From positions 14,229,299-14,293,298 of the forward strand of contig NC_069000.1 in assembly GCF_001194135.2 (NCBI RefSeq): a stretch of 64,000 nucleotides of DNA, in the 5' to 3' direction. Numbering within the stretch: position 1 is the first letter of the stretch; every line of letters begins with the position of its first letter. Source of the stretch: Octopus bimaculoides (taxonomy: Eukaryota). Below, piece by piece: positions 22,701-36,200 of the stretch. A program made the translations under genes and the position numbers. The notes under the pieces are model-generated. The model saw only the letters and a program-made list of their open reading frames with translations, had not been told where the DNA came from and did no database searches.

Positions 22701-25700
22701 TCTAATGATGTATAACCCACTTTCCTATAAAACTATTATTTAAATCGATTATTACCATATATTCCAGCATAGTATATAGTATAACTGTACCATGTAAGCA
22801 CTCAAACATCATCCCTATCTTTCCAAATACTGTTGCATTTCACTTGGAACTTTTGATTCTTCAGGGTTGTCTTGGTGTAAATTGTTGGCTGTAAATCTTG
22901 GTCTGAAAAATATGGCATGAATGCCAGAAAATATAGTATCCTTATCAGCAAACTTAATTTTACAGCTAACAGTTTATTTTGCTAATTATGTAACGATTAC
23001 TCATTATAGAAAGGATTAACCTTGGTTTTTATTTTTGAATTTATTGCCTTAGGAATTTAATTATACGTCCTAAGGACAGTCCACTTTCAACAATATATAA
23101 TGAAAGCTGCATGACCTAAATTGATTTGATCTTATCTAAATCTCAATTTCCTTCGATACGCAGGCACAGGCTTAGCTGTGGTATTAAGAAATAAGTCTGT
23201 TATGCAACTATGTTCCAGGTTCGGTCCCACTGCATGGCATCTTGAATTACTGCTTTCTATTTTAGCCTGCTATGTGATTTTCCTCACCAACTGCAAACCT
23301 AATTTGTCTTGTAATCATTTTAACTTCATCAATTTCATTATATTGTTGAGAAATTTTAATTCTCTTATAATTTCTATGTCTCGGGCACATCATTTTATAG
23401 TATTTTATGCCAGTAATCAATAATGACAAATAAATAATATGGATTTCTTAAAAAGTGTGAAAGAGGTTTACTTCACAGATATGTAATGCACAAATTTTTT
23501 ATATATTTCAGAATGACGAAGAACGTGCTGTGCCAAAACCTCAACCTGTTACAATTAGCCCAGACACTCTAACTAACATGAAAGGAAATGTATGTAAATT
23601 GCTAAATCTCTTGTTTTGTTTTTTCTCCTTGTTCGTTTCTGTTAATATTTCAGTATTAAGTCTGTAATGTTTTATTTCTGTACAGGATAAGAATATACCT
23701 GATTTCAAAGTGACTGGTATGATCGATTCCTTAAATTTAAGCATTACCAAACCTTTGACAGGAGAGGTAAGTGGATGTACTATTTTAACATTTGCAATAT
23801 CAAATCAATGAAGCATTTTGAGAAAGAAGGGAGAATTCATGAATTGGCTAACTTTTATGTAATCAAACATATTTAAATGTGTTTGTCAGCAAATCTTTTG
23901 CATTCCCCAAGTGCCAAAATAATAGGCTTTGGCATGGCTCTGTAGTTAAGAAGTTCACTACCCAATCACAATGTATTATTTTTGTTTTTTAATGTTTCCG
24001 TAGAGGTCCCTTTTATATTTCTGATTTCTTTAGGTAAACAATTAACAATTGAGGTCCTCTAAATATTTCTTTAAGACCAGCTGAGTCCTTGCTCAATTGT
24101 ATACATAAAGGTAGTTGAAACTATGTTATATTTGACAAACTGTTGTACAAGATGAATGGATATATTCGGACTTATAATTTTAAACTCTTTTCAGTTGGTT
24201 GTGGACTATTGTGAAACAGCTATCAAATCAATTGAAATTCAGCTTGTCCGTGTTGAAACATGTGGCTGTGCTGAAGGTTATGCTAATGAAGGTTGGTTGT
24301 GATTTTTGTAACATAACATTTTCATTTGCTACTTAAAAGTTTATTAGCTTATAATGAATTTTTCATTTTTAATCTTCTTTATAGTCATAAAATGATTTTA
24401 ATCTTTTTGATACCAACCTGCCTGAGACTTATCCTGGTTTCTATAACACAAGCCTCCTGTTTTAAAATGATTTAAATTATAATCTTCCATCAAAATTTTA
24501 TGTTAATTTATTCCAAACATCAGCTTAGATAATGACAAATTTGTTTTATTAAATTCTTTATTTATTTTTATTTTTTTTGCAATTTTTTTTTTCCGGTTAT
24601 AAAAACAAGACATACAAAAAACATACAAATACTGTATTTGATTGCACATGAGACATGCTTTGTTTTTCAAGAAAGTATCTCAAAAAATCACCCCACATCC
24701 TATGATGTTGGATCTATATTACATACTTTTATGCACAGAATAATTTTTTCTTGAATATGCACTTCTGAAATTGGGTGCGTCTTTTATGTCATCAAATATG
24801 ACACTATACACAGTGAGAAAAAATTCCTTTAAATTTGTTCAGTTCTTTTATTTCAAATATTTCTTTTGATTATGTTACAGAATTTTCAATGGGATATACA
24901 TCACTTATCCTTTTTTCTTTTTCTTCTTTTTCTCTCTTTTTCTAATAGCAACTGAAATACAGAATATTCAACTGGCAGAAGGTGATGTTTGCCGGAACCT
25001 GTCAATCCCTATTTATATGATCTTCCCACGACTCTTTACCTGTCCCACATTATCAACTAATAATTTCAAAATAGGTGAGACGTTCTCTCCTTTTGTTATT
25101 TCAAGAGTTATAATGAGATTAATAATGATATGATTAATTGGAGTTAAATGTAATAGCAAAGGGTGATTACTTAATAAAAACAAACAATGCAGTACTCCCA
25201 GTAGAGGTATCCAGACATATGAACCGGTCCAAAGAAAAAAAACAGTTTGTCTTATTAGAAACCTAACTGTGATAAACACTTTAACCCTTTAGCATTTAAA
25301 TTGGCCATATCTCGCCCAAATATTATACTTACTTGTTTTATGTTCAAGTTAGCTAGATCTGACATATAACACTTACCCTACAATACCATTCTAAAACCAC
25401 ACTATCATATCACTGAAATCTCAAAGCTATGTGATAATGCATGATCAATTCAAAAAAAATATGAATGAATAAGTATTACATTTGAGAGAATAATTTGAAT
25501 ACTAAAGAGTTAAAATATCAGCAGGAGAGGCTGTGTGGTAAGTAGCTTGCTTACCAACCACGTGGTTCTGGGTTCAGTCCCACCGCGTGGCACCTTGTGA
25601 GTGGATTTGGTAGACGGAAAGTGAAAGAAGCCTATCGCATATATGTATATGTATATATATGTGCGTGTGTGTTTGTGTGTCTGTGTTTGTCCCTCCAACA

Positions 25701-27118
25701 TCGCTTGACAACCGATGCTGGTGTGTTTATGTCCTCGTCCCCGTAACTTAGCGGTTCGGCAAAAGAGACCGATAGAATAAGTACTAGGCTTACAAAGAAT
25801 AAGTCCTGGGGTCGATTTGTTCGACTAAAGGCGGTGCTCCAGCACGGCCGCAGTCAAATGACTTGAAACAAGTAAAATAGTAAGAAGAGTTATGTGCCTT
25901 ACTTAGCGACTTATTGCATTGGTTATTGTAGTATGGTTTGAGTTCATAGCAATGTGATGTCTAGTCCAGTTCCTTGAACCTCACAACCATTGCACTGTCT
26001 TACAACACCATGTCTCTTTATATGTTGGAATTTGTGCCAAAAAAATTGAACACATCTTCACATATCTGATGTTATTCGCAATGAATCTGCAGATGAAGCC
26101 CATCTTGTCAAACATCTAGAACACAAATACGCTGCTTCATCATCATCATTTAACGTCCGTTTTCCGTACTGGCATGGGTTGGACGATTTAACAGGAGCTG
26201 GTAAATCTGGGAGCTGCATTAGGCTCCATTGTCTGCTCTGGCATGGTTTTTATGGCTGGATGACCTTCCTAATAACACCAACCACTTTACAGAGTGTACT
26301 GAATGCTTTCTACTTGGCACCAGCGCCAGTGCTTCTTATATGGCTAAAATTTCATACACATACACATAAGCATTTGATCTTACTATAAAATGGCTTTATT
26401 ATTATTTTTAGTAACCTTTTTAATTCTCCCTGCAATAAATATGTTAACTCTTAACTTAACCCTGTTTTTAATGCAAATGGCTTCTCTGACTTCTTATTTT
26501 CAAAACAATTTCCCTTCTGGTGTCAACCAATCTTGTAAAGTTATTTAGTGATTGAGTCAGTACTACATCAGCATGTATAGTGAGGACAGTGCTTTGCTAA
26601 TGAGGTTATAATTAGGCTGAAACATATAATTTGTCTTTCATGCTTCTAGAGAATTAAAATATATTAGTCCTTGATCTAATGTTGCTTTATCTTTAATCGC
26701 ATAATTATATCTAGTTAGCTTTTTAATACTCCAAGCATTAAAATCTATCGGAATTTAAAATTCTCAGAGAAATATAGTGTACATACATTTGCACTCAACA
26801 ACTGAAGTAATGATTTTGGTCAGCTTTGATGAAGTTAAAATGAAATGATTTCTATAGATATTCAATGTTTTTTGTTTTGTTTTTTTAATGGTGTCAATAT
26901 CTACTTAAATAATTGTTTTATCTTGAATGAGAGATAATTTCTAAATATAAACAAATAAAATATAACTGCTTAATCTTTTGTGCATAATTAATTATAAATA
27001 TAATTAACAATTTTAATCTTTTTTTTTTTTTGCAGAGTTTGAAATCAATATAGTTGTTGTGTTCCAAGATGACTATATGGTTACAGCAAATTTTCCTCTG
27101 AAATTAACTCGATTCTGA
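19727..27118 (+). CDS. VPS26C: VPS26C/DSCR3 (retriever complex subunit, arrestin-like fold); CDS join 19727-19783, 20514-20657, 21481-21630, 22190-22270, 23512-23589, 23686-23766, 24195-24291, 24949-25074, 27036-27118; 897 nt, 298 aa
   Basis: Nine GT-AG exons in one frame. The translation contains recognisable VPS26C segments: DIKLKRASKVY, GTVNLQLSPKSVGLFEAFYNSVKP, LYETYHGVYVSIQY, IEIQLVRVETCGCAEGY, TEIQNIQLAEGDVCR, IFPRLFTCPTL, FEINIVVVF, NFPLKLTRF*. Confidence 0.96.
20514..20657 (+). CDS. VPS26C: VPS26C exon 2 (DVLSGVVII...FYNSVK)
   Basis: Acceptor ctttcttccAG, donor AAA|GTATAT, 144 nt. Confidence 0.95.
21060..21395 (-). mobile_element. SINE family A copy (VPS26C intron 2)
   Basis: Reverse complement of the family A blocks. 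Confidence 0.75.
21481..21630 (+). CDS. VPS26C: VPS26C exon 3 (PICLLQ...YHGVYVSIQ)
   Basis: Acceptor ttttttctatattttatAG, donor CAG|GTAAGT, 150 nt. Confidence 0.95.
22190..22270 (+). CDS. VPS26C: VPS26C exon 4 (YIIKAELKRSLLNKDIQKICEFIIEYK)
   Basis: Acceptor tttttattttatttatAG, donor AAA|GTAAGT, 81 nt. Confidence 0.93.
22369..22678 (+). mobile_element. Possible solo LTR in VPS26C intron 4
   Basis: A GC/CpG-richer ~310-bp island starting TGTAGTAA, with AATAAA at 22621 about 55 nt from its end. The 3' CA terminus and TSD are not clean. Confidence 0.4.
23512..23589 (+). CDS. VPS26C: VPS26C exon 5 (NDEERAVPKPQPVTISPDTLTNMKGN)
   Basis: Acceptor ttttatatatttcAG, donor AAT|GTATGT, 78 nt. Confidence 0.88.
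23686..23766 (+). CDS. VPS26C: VPS26C exon 6 (DKNIPDFKVTG...KPLTGE)
   Basis: Acceptor ttttatttctgtacAG, donor GAG|GTAAGT, 81 nt. Confidence 0.92.
24195..24291 (+). CDS. VPS26C: VPS26C exon 7 (LVVDYCETAIKSIEIQLVRVETCGCAEGYANE)
   Basis: Acceptor ctcttttcAG, donor AAG|GTTGGT, 97 nt, phase 1. Confidence 0.95.
24949..25074 (+). CDS. VPS26C: VPS26C exon 8 (ATEIQNIQLAEGDVCR...TNNFKI)
   Basis: Long polypyrimidine tract plus taatAG, donor TAG|GTGAGA, 126 nt. Confidence 0.95.
25285..25509. mobile_element. piggyBac-type MITE in VPS26C intron 8
   Basis: TTAA|CCCTTTAGCATT ... AATACTAAAGAG|TTAA. Confidence 0.8.
25521..25878 (+). mobile_element. SINE family A copy (VPS26C intron 8)
   Basis: Same head, core and 3' block, near consensus. 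Confidence 0.8.
27036..27118 (+). CDS. VPS26C: VPS26C terminal exon 9 (EFEINIVVVFQDDYMVTANFPLKLTRF*)
   Basis: Acceptor (t)n-gcAG, TGA at 27116-27118. Confidence 0.95.
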
Positions 27119-27151
27119 AGAGGCACAAAGACTTCTTAATATTATTAATGA

Positions 27152-27210
27152 AATAAAATTTCTTGATGATACCATTGTAAATACAATAAAATTCTACTTC
27201 ATAGAATAAA
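27152..27210 (+). terminator. Cluster of candidate polyadenylation signals for VPS26C
   Basis: AATAAA at 27152, 27185 and 27205. Which one is used is unknown. Confidence 0.4.
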
Positions 27211-28997
27211 TTTTAATATTAATGATATAAATGATGATGGTGATGATAATATGGTGTTTGAATGCCTGAATTTCAGATTATTCAAACAATAAAACAAGTT
27301 AAATTCCTGCTGTAAAATACTGTTCTAACAATATTTCTATGAAAATAAATATTGAATAATTTTGTATATTTATTAGAATTATGTTTCATCTTTGTGTAAT
27401 CATTATAAATCTTTCATATACTGGAAAATACTTTTAAAACAGTGCATAAAAGGCACCTGTGCTGGTGACATGTAAAAGGAAACCTATTAGACTCTTGGAG
27501 TGGTTGGCATTAGGAAAGGTATCCAACCATAGAAACCAAGCCAAATCAGACTGGAATCTGGTACAGCTCTCTGGTTTATGAGTTCCAGTCAAATTGTCTA
27601 ACCTATGCCAGCATGGAAAACAGATGCTAAATCATGGAAATGATGATAAATATAAAGAAAAAAATAATAAAAGGAGGGATAATACCCATAGCTTTTGCAG
27701 TTCTTCCCAAACTAATTAGGTGAATGCAGTTGATGCTCAGCATAAACTTTGTTGGTCAATATCTATTTAGAGAAAGCATAGACAAGAAGGAGCTGTGACT
27801 GATTATAATTCTTTGTTGAAAGCTTTACTACAAGATTTATGGGTTGAGACAATGGAGATAGTGAAATGCAGATTCATTAGATGGGCTTCGGCAATAAAAG
27901 AAACAAATGAGGAGACAGTGCATTAGTTGTTGCAGTGTATTGCTGAATGAAGGTTTCTCTGCTAAATGAAAAGTTTTGTTTTGTTTTTTAATAGCATCTA
28001 AGATACTGCATATTTGTGTATGAGTCTAGCAACAACATTACTCCCAGTTAATGTGGGTTAAATAGTAATAATGATAATGAAATTATTGTGTGCACTACAA
28101 CTCATCAAAGGTGCATATACAGTACATAGAATTATGTACAAAGGTCAGGAAAGGGATTCAGTGTATGAGTCCTGATATACATGTGTGCATGCATATGTAC
28201 TTCTATTCTACAATTGTGCTTAGGTTGCACATATGGCTGTATTTTTAGATATGTGGTCCTCATCAGAGATTGTAAAACCTGATATTTATATAAACTTTGG
28301 AAGGTATGACTTTCTGATATCATTAATGAAAAGATAGATATATGTGAAATGTCTCTTTGAAATGTGTTGTAATTGTGTCTTGCTGCTGAGATTATCCTGT
28401 CCCCATTGAATGTTTTTAAGCTCTTTATTTATGGAAGTAGTACATAACCTAGCATGAGCTATCAAGATAATGTGGAATCTGGGAATATGCCTATGTTTAA
28501 CAAATTATTCAGAAAAGACAGTCAGTGCTATAATCTCCATTGTAAATGGGAAATTAGAGTAAGCAGACTAATTAGTTGTTTACAAATCCAAAGATCAATT
28601 CTTAATAAGTGATTTTTATTTTTAACCCTTTAGCATTCAATTTACTCTGCCAAATGTAATGCTTAATTATTCACATTATTTTGAATTAATTATGCATTGT
28701 CTTGCAGCTTTGAGAATTCAATCAAATGAGTGTATATTTTTAGAATGACAATGTAGGGTAGGTATGGGAGTCCATATCTGGCTGGTTTGAGCATAAAACA
28801 TCAAATGCACATACACACACACATACACACGACAAACTTCCACACAGTTTCTGTCTACCAAATTCACTCACAAGGTGTTGGTCAACCCAAGGCTATAGTA
28901 GAAGATACTTGCCCAAGGTGATGTACAGTGCAACTGAACCTGAAACCACATGATTATAAAATGAGCTTCTTAACCACACACCAATGCCTGCAACCAA

Positions 28998-29375
28998 TAC
29001 TTGTTTCAGTCATTTGACTGTGGCCATGCTGGAGCACCGCCTTAAGTCAAGTAAATCGACCCAGGACTTATTCTTTGGATGCCTAGTACTTATCCTATTG
29101 GTCTCTTTTGCCGAACCGCTAAGTTACGGAGACATAAACACACCAGCATCGGTTGTCAAGCGATGTTGGGGGGACAAACACAGACATACATATATATACA
29201 TATACATATATACGACAAGCTTCTTTCAGTTTCCGTCTACCAAATCCACTCATAAGGCTTTGGTCAGCCCTAGGCTATAGTAGAAGACACTTGCCCAAGG
29301 TGCCACGCAATGGGAATGAACCTGGAACCATGTGGTTGGTAAGCAAGCTACTTACCACACAGCCACTCCTGCGCC
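28998..29375 (-). mobile_element. SINE family A copy
   Basis: Reverse complement, near consensus, preceded by a second partial copy at ~28830-28990. Confidence 0.8.
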
Positions 29376-32300
29376 TATATATTCTGTGATAGATATATAG
29401 GCCACTCCTGCGCTATATATTCCATGATAGAATTTTTTTAATAAATTACTTGATTGTAACATATCTTAAAACACCATGTGTAAAATTATAATAATTATGT
29501 TATTGTTCGTCTTTCAGTACTTCAATATTCACTGAACTAGCAGAGCAGTGATGACTATCATAATTAAATTTCAGATGCAGTTTCAATTCTCTACTGAAAT
29601 TATTTCATGCAATTTATGCTGTTAAAAACCCTTGCAAAAGATGCAAACTTCACACTTTTCCATTCCTTCCTCACTCTTGAACTGAGATCTTAATTAATCC
29701 TTTTCAGAAAAATCAATATTTACTGATCCCTAATTAGAAAGAGAACGAAAAAAAAAAAAAGAAAGAGACATACTTGTATTCCAATTTGTAGTTTAACTAC
29801 ATATAATTTCAGATGTCAATAAAGAAAAAAAAATTAGTTTTGTTTAAATTAAAACAATTTTCTCCACTCTTCATATGTATCATTAGCTCCATTTCCTGTC
29901 AACAAAACACTTTTATTCCTGGTTTCTGAAAGCAAAAAAAAAATTTACTTTCTTTCTTTAATTTTTTATATATTTATTTCTTTTTTAACTGTTTTGTTTA
30001 TCCATAATAATTATGTGCTCTTTGGCAGCAAAAGAATTCCAGTTGCTAAGTAGCAACTAATCTAAGATAAGCCATTTGCTACTAACAAAATGACGCACAC
30101 TGCAATGAAAATATTTGTAAAACAATATTGTCTACGCGGTTTTTTTTTTTAACAAACCCTTTATTATAAAATTAATTCTTAGAACAATTTCATGATTTTG
30201 TTTATGGTTGTGTTATTTTCATAATACTCATTGTTTAACAATCTATTATTGTTCCTTTTTATTCTCTTTATCTCCCCTTCTTTTTCTTTCTTTATTTTTC
30301 TCTTTTGCTCCTACTATGTATTCCCCCCCTCTCTCTCTCTCCCGCTCTCTCTCTGTCTTTCTCCTCAATGTCAGATGTTGTTAGCAATGGCTTCTATTGG
30401 AAATATGTCAAGAGTGACAACATTAAGAGGGGAATTGATAAGACGTGAAAGAAACGCTGATCTCTTTTTCGTCAGCAATGGGAAGGAGGCACATGTGATG
30501 ATTCATTCAAATCTGTCACCCAAAAGAAAATCAATAAAATCAGAATAATCGTTTGACTGACAGATGCAAAAGAAAATTCCATAAATTATTAATGATTAAC
30601 ACAGAAATGGCAATTGTTGTTGTGCTTTTAAAGATCTATGATTTTCAGAATTCCTTAACTTTGTCAATAGATTTACACCTAAGTATAATTAAGTTGTTAT
30701 ACTTTTTTGGCAGGCCATAGTATTGATCAGTCATGTTAAAACATTATTTCTTTTCTTTCAACATTCCTCAGAAGCAGATCTTATGTATTTATTTATCTAT
30801 TTATTTTTCGTGTGCTGAAATTTTTTCTGCTTATTTCCATTTTACCATAGTTCTGTACAATAAGGCCGCAAGCTGGCAGAATTGTTAGAGTGCCATTAAA
30901 AAATACTTTGCGGTATTTCTTCCAACTCATTACATTCTGAATTCAAATTCTGCCAAGGTAGACTTTACCTTTTTTTTTTTTTTTTTTTTTTGTTGGTGGT
31001 GGATAAAATAATTACTGGCTGAAACTATTTTATTTAACTTATGCTAATTGATATTTTCATATTTAAAAAAAAGGCATGAAAGCCACAACATTCCATTTCC
31101 TCCTTTTATATTTATTGTTACAAATGTTGTCGTAATAAAATTAATTTCTAGAACAGGAAAGCAGAAAAGAAATGGTGAAGTATAAAAGAGGTTCACCAGA
31201 TAATGACAACTGAAAGTGTAATTAACATTACAATAGAACAGGTGTTGTAATAGTTAAACAGATCTCTATTGGTTTTGATCAGGACGAGTTTGTTATTTAA
31301 TCATCTGGATTAATTGCTTATTGAATTAGTATGTAAGCACCTGAGCATTCATTTTATAGGTGTGTGTACCATTAACATGATCTTCAGGTAGAATCAATGT
31401 GATATAGCTTGTGACAAAGCTGTACCTTTGAATTACATTTAAATCTATCCAATGCCTTTATGCTCTTCGGGAAGCATGTGGTTTAGTGGTAAGGGTGTTG
31501 GACTCATGATCATAAGATTGTGGTTTCAATTCCTGGACCAGGTGACATGTTGTGTTCTTGAGCACAACACTGCATTTTGTATTGCTCTAGTTTATTCAGC
31601 TGGCAAAACTGAATAATTCTGTGACAGACTGGTGTCTCATCCAGGGATGAATATATGTGCCACAGAAACCTGGGAAATGGCACTATGGGTCTACATAACT
31701 CAGGTTAAGGATCATTATCCTTTATCCTACCCTATCTTTATTCCCTTTCACACAGCAGCATTGCTAGGAGACAAGTGAGGTGGATGATCCATTCCAGCTT
31801 CAGCTGACACTTGTATGAGAGCAGCACTTTTGAACTTGCTGTATACGTCTGTAGAAGCTGCATTCCCAGATATGGGGGTTCATAAACAAACTGATGACTG
31901 CTCCAGATGGCACACACTCTAACTACTATGCCACTGCTTCCACACAATTTCCATCAACCCATTTTTCCCTCACAAGGCTTTGATCAATCTAAAGCAAGTA
32001 TCTTTTACTATTGCCTTAGATTTGAACCCAGCAACTCAGGTTTGCAAATTGAGACTTTTTGTTTTTTAACCATTCAACAATGCTGCATCCACAAAACAGA
32101 TATACAATTATCATCATCATCACCACCATTGTCATTGTCATTGTTGTCACCATCATCATCATCATCATCATCGTCGTCGTTGCCATCATCATCATCGTCA
32201 TCATCTTCATTTAACGTCTAATGCCCACGTTCCCTGCTTGGAGGGGTCAGACAGTTTGACAAGATCCAGTGGGTCCAAGGATCGTACGAAGTTCCAGTGT

Positions 32301-32549
32301 CTGCTTTGGCATGGTTTCTATTGTCCTACTGACCATTCTAATGCTCTCCCTTAAAGGTGAGAAAACATGTAGCTCCTCAACAAGAACCTGTTTACCCCAC
32401 TACCACCACCACCACCTCCTTCTTTTCTTTCATAGTTCTGTATTCTTGCAAGCTCCATGGCAACTTCACAGGTGCCAGTACCAAGAAAAAAAAAAGTACC
32501 CAGTTACTATAATAATAATAATAATAATAATAATAATCCTTTCTCCTGT

Positions 32550-32749
32550 AGACACAAGGCCTGAAATTTGGAGGAAGGGATTAAGTCAATTACATTGACT
32601 CCAGTGCATAACTGGTACTTATTTAATTAATCCCAAAAAGATGAAAAGTAAAGTCAACCCTGGTAGAATTTGAACTCAGAATGTAGCGACAGGCAAACTA
32701 CCACTAAGCATTTCATCTGGCATGCTAACAATTCTGCCGGTTTGCCGCC

Positions 32750-32750
<1 letters not shown>
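32550..32750 (-). mobile_element. SINE family C copy adjoining an (AAT)n array
   Basis: Reverse complement of the family C motif including the gaatttgaactcagaa B-box region. Confidence 0.7.
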
Positions 32751-32842
<92 letters not shown>

Positions 32843-33123
32843 NNNNNNNNNNNNNNNNNNNNNNNNNNNNNNNNNNNNNNNNNNNNNNNNNNNNNNNNNN
32901 NNNNNNNNNNNNNNNNNNNNNNNNNNNNNNNNNNNNNNNNNNNNNNNNNNNNNNNNNNNNNNNNNNNNNNNNNNNNNNNNNNNNNNNNNNNNNNNNNNNN
33001 NNNNNNNNNNNNNNNNNNNNNNNNNNNNNNNNNNNNNNNNNNNNNNNNNNNNNNNNNNNNNNNNNNNNNNNNNNNNNNNNNNNNNNNNNNNNNNNNNNNN
33101 NNNNNNNNNNNNNNNNNNNNNNN

Positions 33124-33189
<66 letters not shown>

Positions 33190-33215
33190 CAACAACAACA
33201 ATAATAATAATAAGC
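32750..33215. repeat. (AAT)n microsatellite spanning an assembly gap
   Basis: Pure AAT runs on both sides of the N-gap, with a short (AAC)n interruption. Confidence 0.95.
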
Positions 33216-36200
33216 ATCTCATCATAAGTTGGCAGGTTGCCTAAAATGTCTGAGAGCCTTTGTATTCTTTAGCGACATCCCTTACTCTTCCATCCTTCTG
33301 GGAATCACCTGCGACTTTCAAAGGCAATAAAATATGTACCAACAACACACAACAGTGGACTCAACCAATTCACTCCCCAATAAAAGAACTCATAATTCTA
33401 ATTCATTCCTTTAATGTCAGTCACACAGAACTTAAGATGCATTAACTTAGTACGCAATGATTTATTGACCGATATCTTTAGAGGTTCTGCAGAGTAAGTC
33501 ATTGATGATGTGTACTAAAGAACCTTTAAATATTTTATCTCACAGAGGCGAAAAAGAACGAGTTCAATATAATATCTAAAAAAAAAAGTATAATTGTTTT
33601 CTTCAAAGAACTAACTGTTATGGTATTGTGATAGTATTATTAAACTCTAGTGCATCATATTCTACTAGTTGTGCTTCTATGCTTGGTAGTATGAACCAAC
33701 CAATCAGAATTTTGCTTTATTTCCGGTAGCATAACTAATGTGGTTTAGTATCATATTATGACATCTTTCTTTTAATATATAAGAATGACCGAATCACACT
33801 GTAAGCAGATGGGTACATTTTTCATTTTGAATTTTTGAATTTATAAAATAATATTTTATAAATATTTTTGCATGGAAAAAAAAATTCATCTTCACAAATT
33901 CTGTGCAACTTTAAAACCCAAACATTTCATCATTACCATATGTGCTATCACTAATACAAACTACTGATGTACAGTGCAGCATAATTGAAGATGATATATA
34001 TTTTCCCAACAGAAAGATAGGCAATGACAATGAGAGACAGACAAACAGAGATAGAGACAGAGAGATCTGTAGGTATAGTTGATAGCTATCTAATCTAGCT
34101 TGTGATACATATATTATAGATCTTGTTGTATTATAGATCTTTCAAAACAGCTTCATCTCAGTACAATAGTTTCCCCTTTGCTGTTGTCTATGATGTTATA
34201 AAAACATCAATGAATAATTCTAAATAGTTTTTCAAACTTATTATTATCAATCTAACACTGTCCTCAAACACATAACTGTCACAGTTACATTCATTGAATG
34301 GGACATTGTTAGGGAGCTTTATGTTTCCTCTCAAGGAGAATCATTTTTACATACACACAGATCTTGGATTGTTTTGTTTTTTTCAGTTACAAATGTTTTG
34401 GTGTTGTTGATTTGTTTTTTTTTTTGTTTTTGTTTTTTTTCTATGAGTGTTGTATGTTTGAAAATTTACATTGAAGCTAAGGATATTAAGATTTTGTTTC
34501 CACATCTGTAAAATAGCTAACACGAAGCATAAAACACCAATTGTTGCGTTGCTAGGAGAAAAGTGATTCATTCCATGAAATGGAAGGAAATAAGATAAAA
34601 TAAAAACATATTCCTGAAAGTCAATTTTATAGTTGTCGTTTGTTCATGTTTTCTTTAGAAGATTATTACATAAACACCAGTAAAGATAATCAAACAGATC
34701 TGTCAATTTGACCATCATTTCACATTTTCTATTTCTTTACATTCAAATGTTTTCATTTCTTTATTTGTTTTTTGTTTTTGTTTTATATATATGTATTTAT
34801 TTTTTCTTAAATGTTTTCCTTCGTTGATTCCAAAACAGCTATTGATTATATTTTCCTGAAAAAAATCATTTATATTAAATCATGAGCAAAGTTAGCTTCA
34901 AAGATATTTCATGCAAAGTGTCAAAAGGGAAACAAAATTGGAAGAAAGGTAGAATGAAAACATCTTGAAAGCATAAGATTTCTTGGATGAATAAGATTTC
35001 TTGGATAAATTAAATTAATTATAATCATAATTTCCAGCTATCATTCATTCCACAACTAACTAGCAACATCCAAGTTGATAACAAATGTGTATTGACATTT
35101 ATTTGAATGTTTAGAAATTTAGAAATGTTGTAAAATGTAGGAATTAGTTTATGTATATCATATAAAATTAGAAGTGAGGAAATTTTTCTATATAAATGTA
35201 AATATATGTGTTTTGTATATTTGAGATTGTTTTGCAAACTGTATGTATGAATGCTTATATATATATATATATATATAGTTGTTGCCATAAGAATTTGTAA
35301 ACTTCAAGAGAACATGAAATAACTCCTTTTTGGAATGTTGGATTTTGAAGCAGATAAGCTATGAATAATTGCATGTAAATATCAAACAGAAAAAGTCAAA
35401 GGCTGCACAATATTAACATGGTATTATTTATAGATTATTTGCTTCATGAGCCAATGTTCTNNNNNNNNNNNNNNNNNNNNNNNNNNNNNNNNNNNNNNNN
35501 NNNNNNNNNNNNNNNNNNNNNNNNNNNNNNNNNNNNNNNNNNNNNNNNNNNNNNNNNNNNNNNNNNNNNNNNNNNNNNNNNNNNNNNNNNNNNNNNNNNN
35601 NNNNNNNNNNNNNNNNNNNNNNNNNNNNNNNNNNNNNNNNNNNNNNNNNNNNNNNNNNNNNNNNNNNNNNNNNNNNNNNNNNNNNNNNNNNNNNNNNNNN
35701 NNNNNNNNNNNNNNNNNNNNNNNNNNNNNNNNNNNNNNNNNNNNNNNNNNNNNNNNNNNNNNNNNNNNNNNNNNNNNNNNNNNNNNNNNNNNNNNNNNNN
35801 NNNNNNNNNNNNNNNNNNNNNNNNNNNNNNNNNNNNNNNNNNNNNNNNNNNNNNNNNNNNNNNNNNNNNNNNNNNNNNNNNNNNNNNNNNNNNNNNNNNN
35901 NNNNNNNNNNNNNNNNNNNNNNNNNNNNNNNNNNNNNNNNNNNNNNNNNNNNNNNNNNNNNNNNNNNNNNNNNNNNNNNNNNNNNNNNNNNNNNNNNNNN
36001 NNNNNNNNNTGTGTGTGTGTGTGTGTATTTTTATGTCACTATGTGCAAATTGTAAAAATTGATCACACTTGATATCAATATGAAAACATCAGCGTTAAAA
36101 ATACAAATATCTTAAATAACAACAGTCTTTTTATATAAAAATATTTGATTAACAAACCCCCCCCCCTATCAAATACAAATATATTATTTCATCAATTGTA

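Noticed and set aside
30231-30548. 105-aa + ORF and a possible 37-nt minus-strand exon at ~30515-30550
   Set aside because: The first half is low-complexity, there is no recognisable domain, and the donor is weak.
34383-34613. Minus-strand open frame after an acceptor at ~34614
   Set aside because: It runs into a poly-A/T low-complexity tract with no donor and no recognisable motif.
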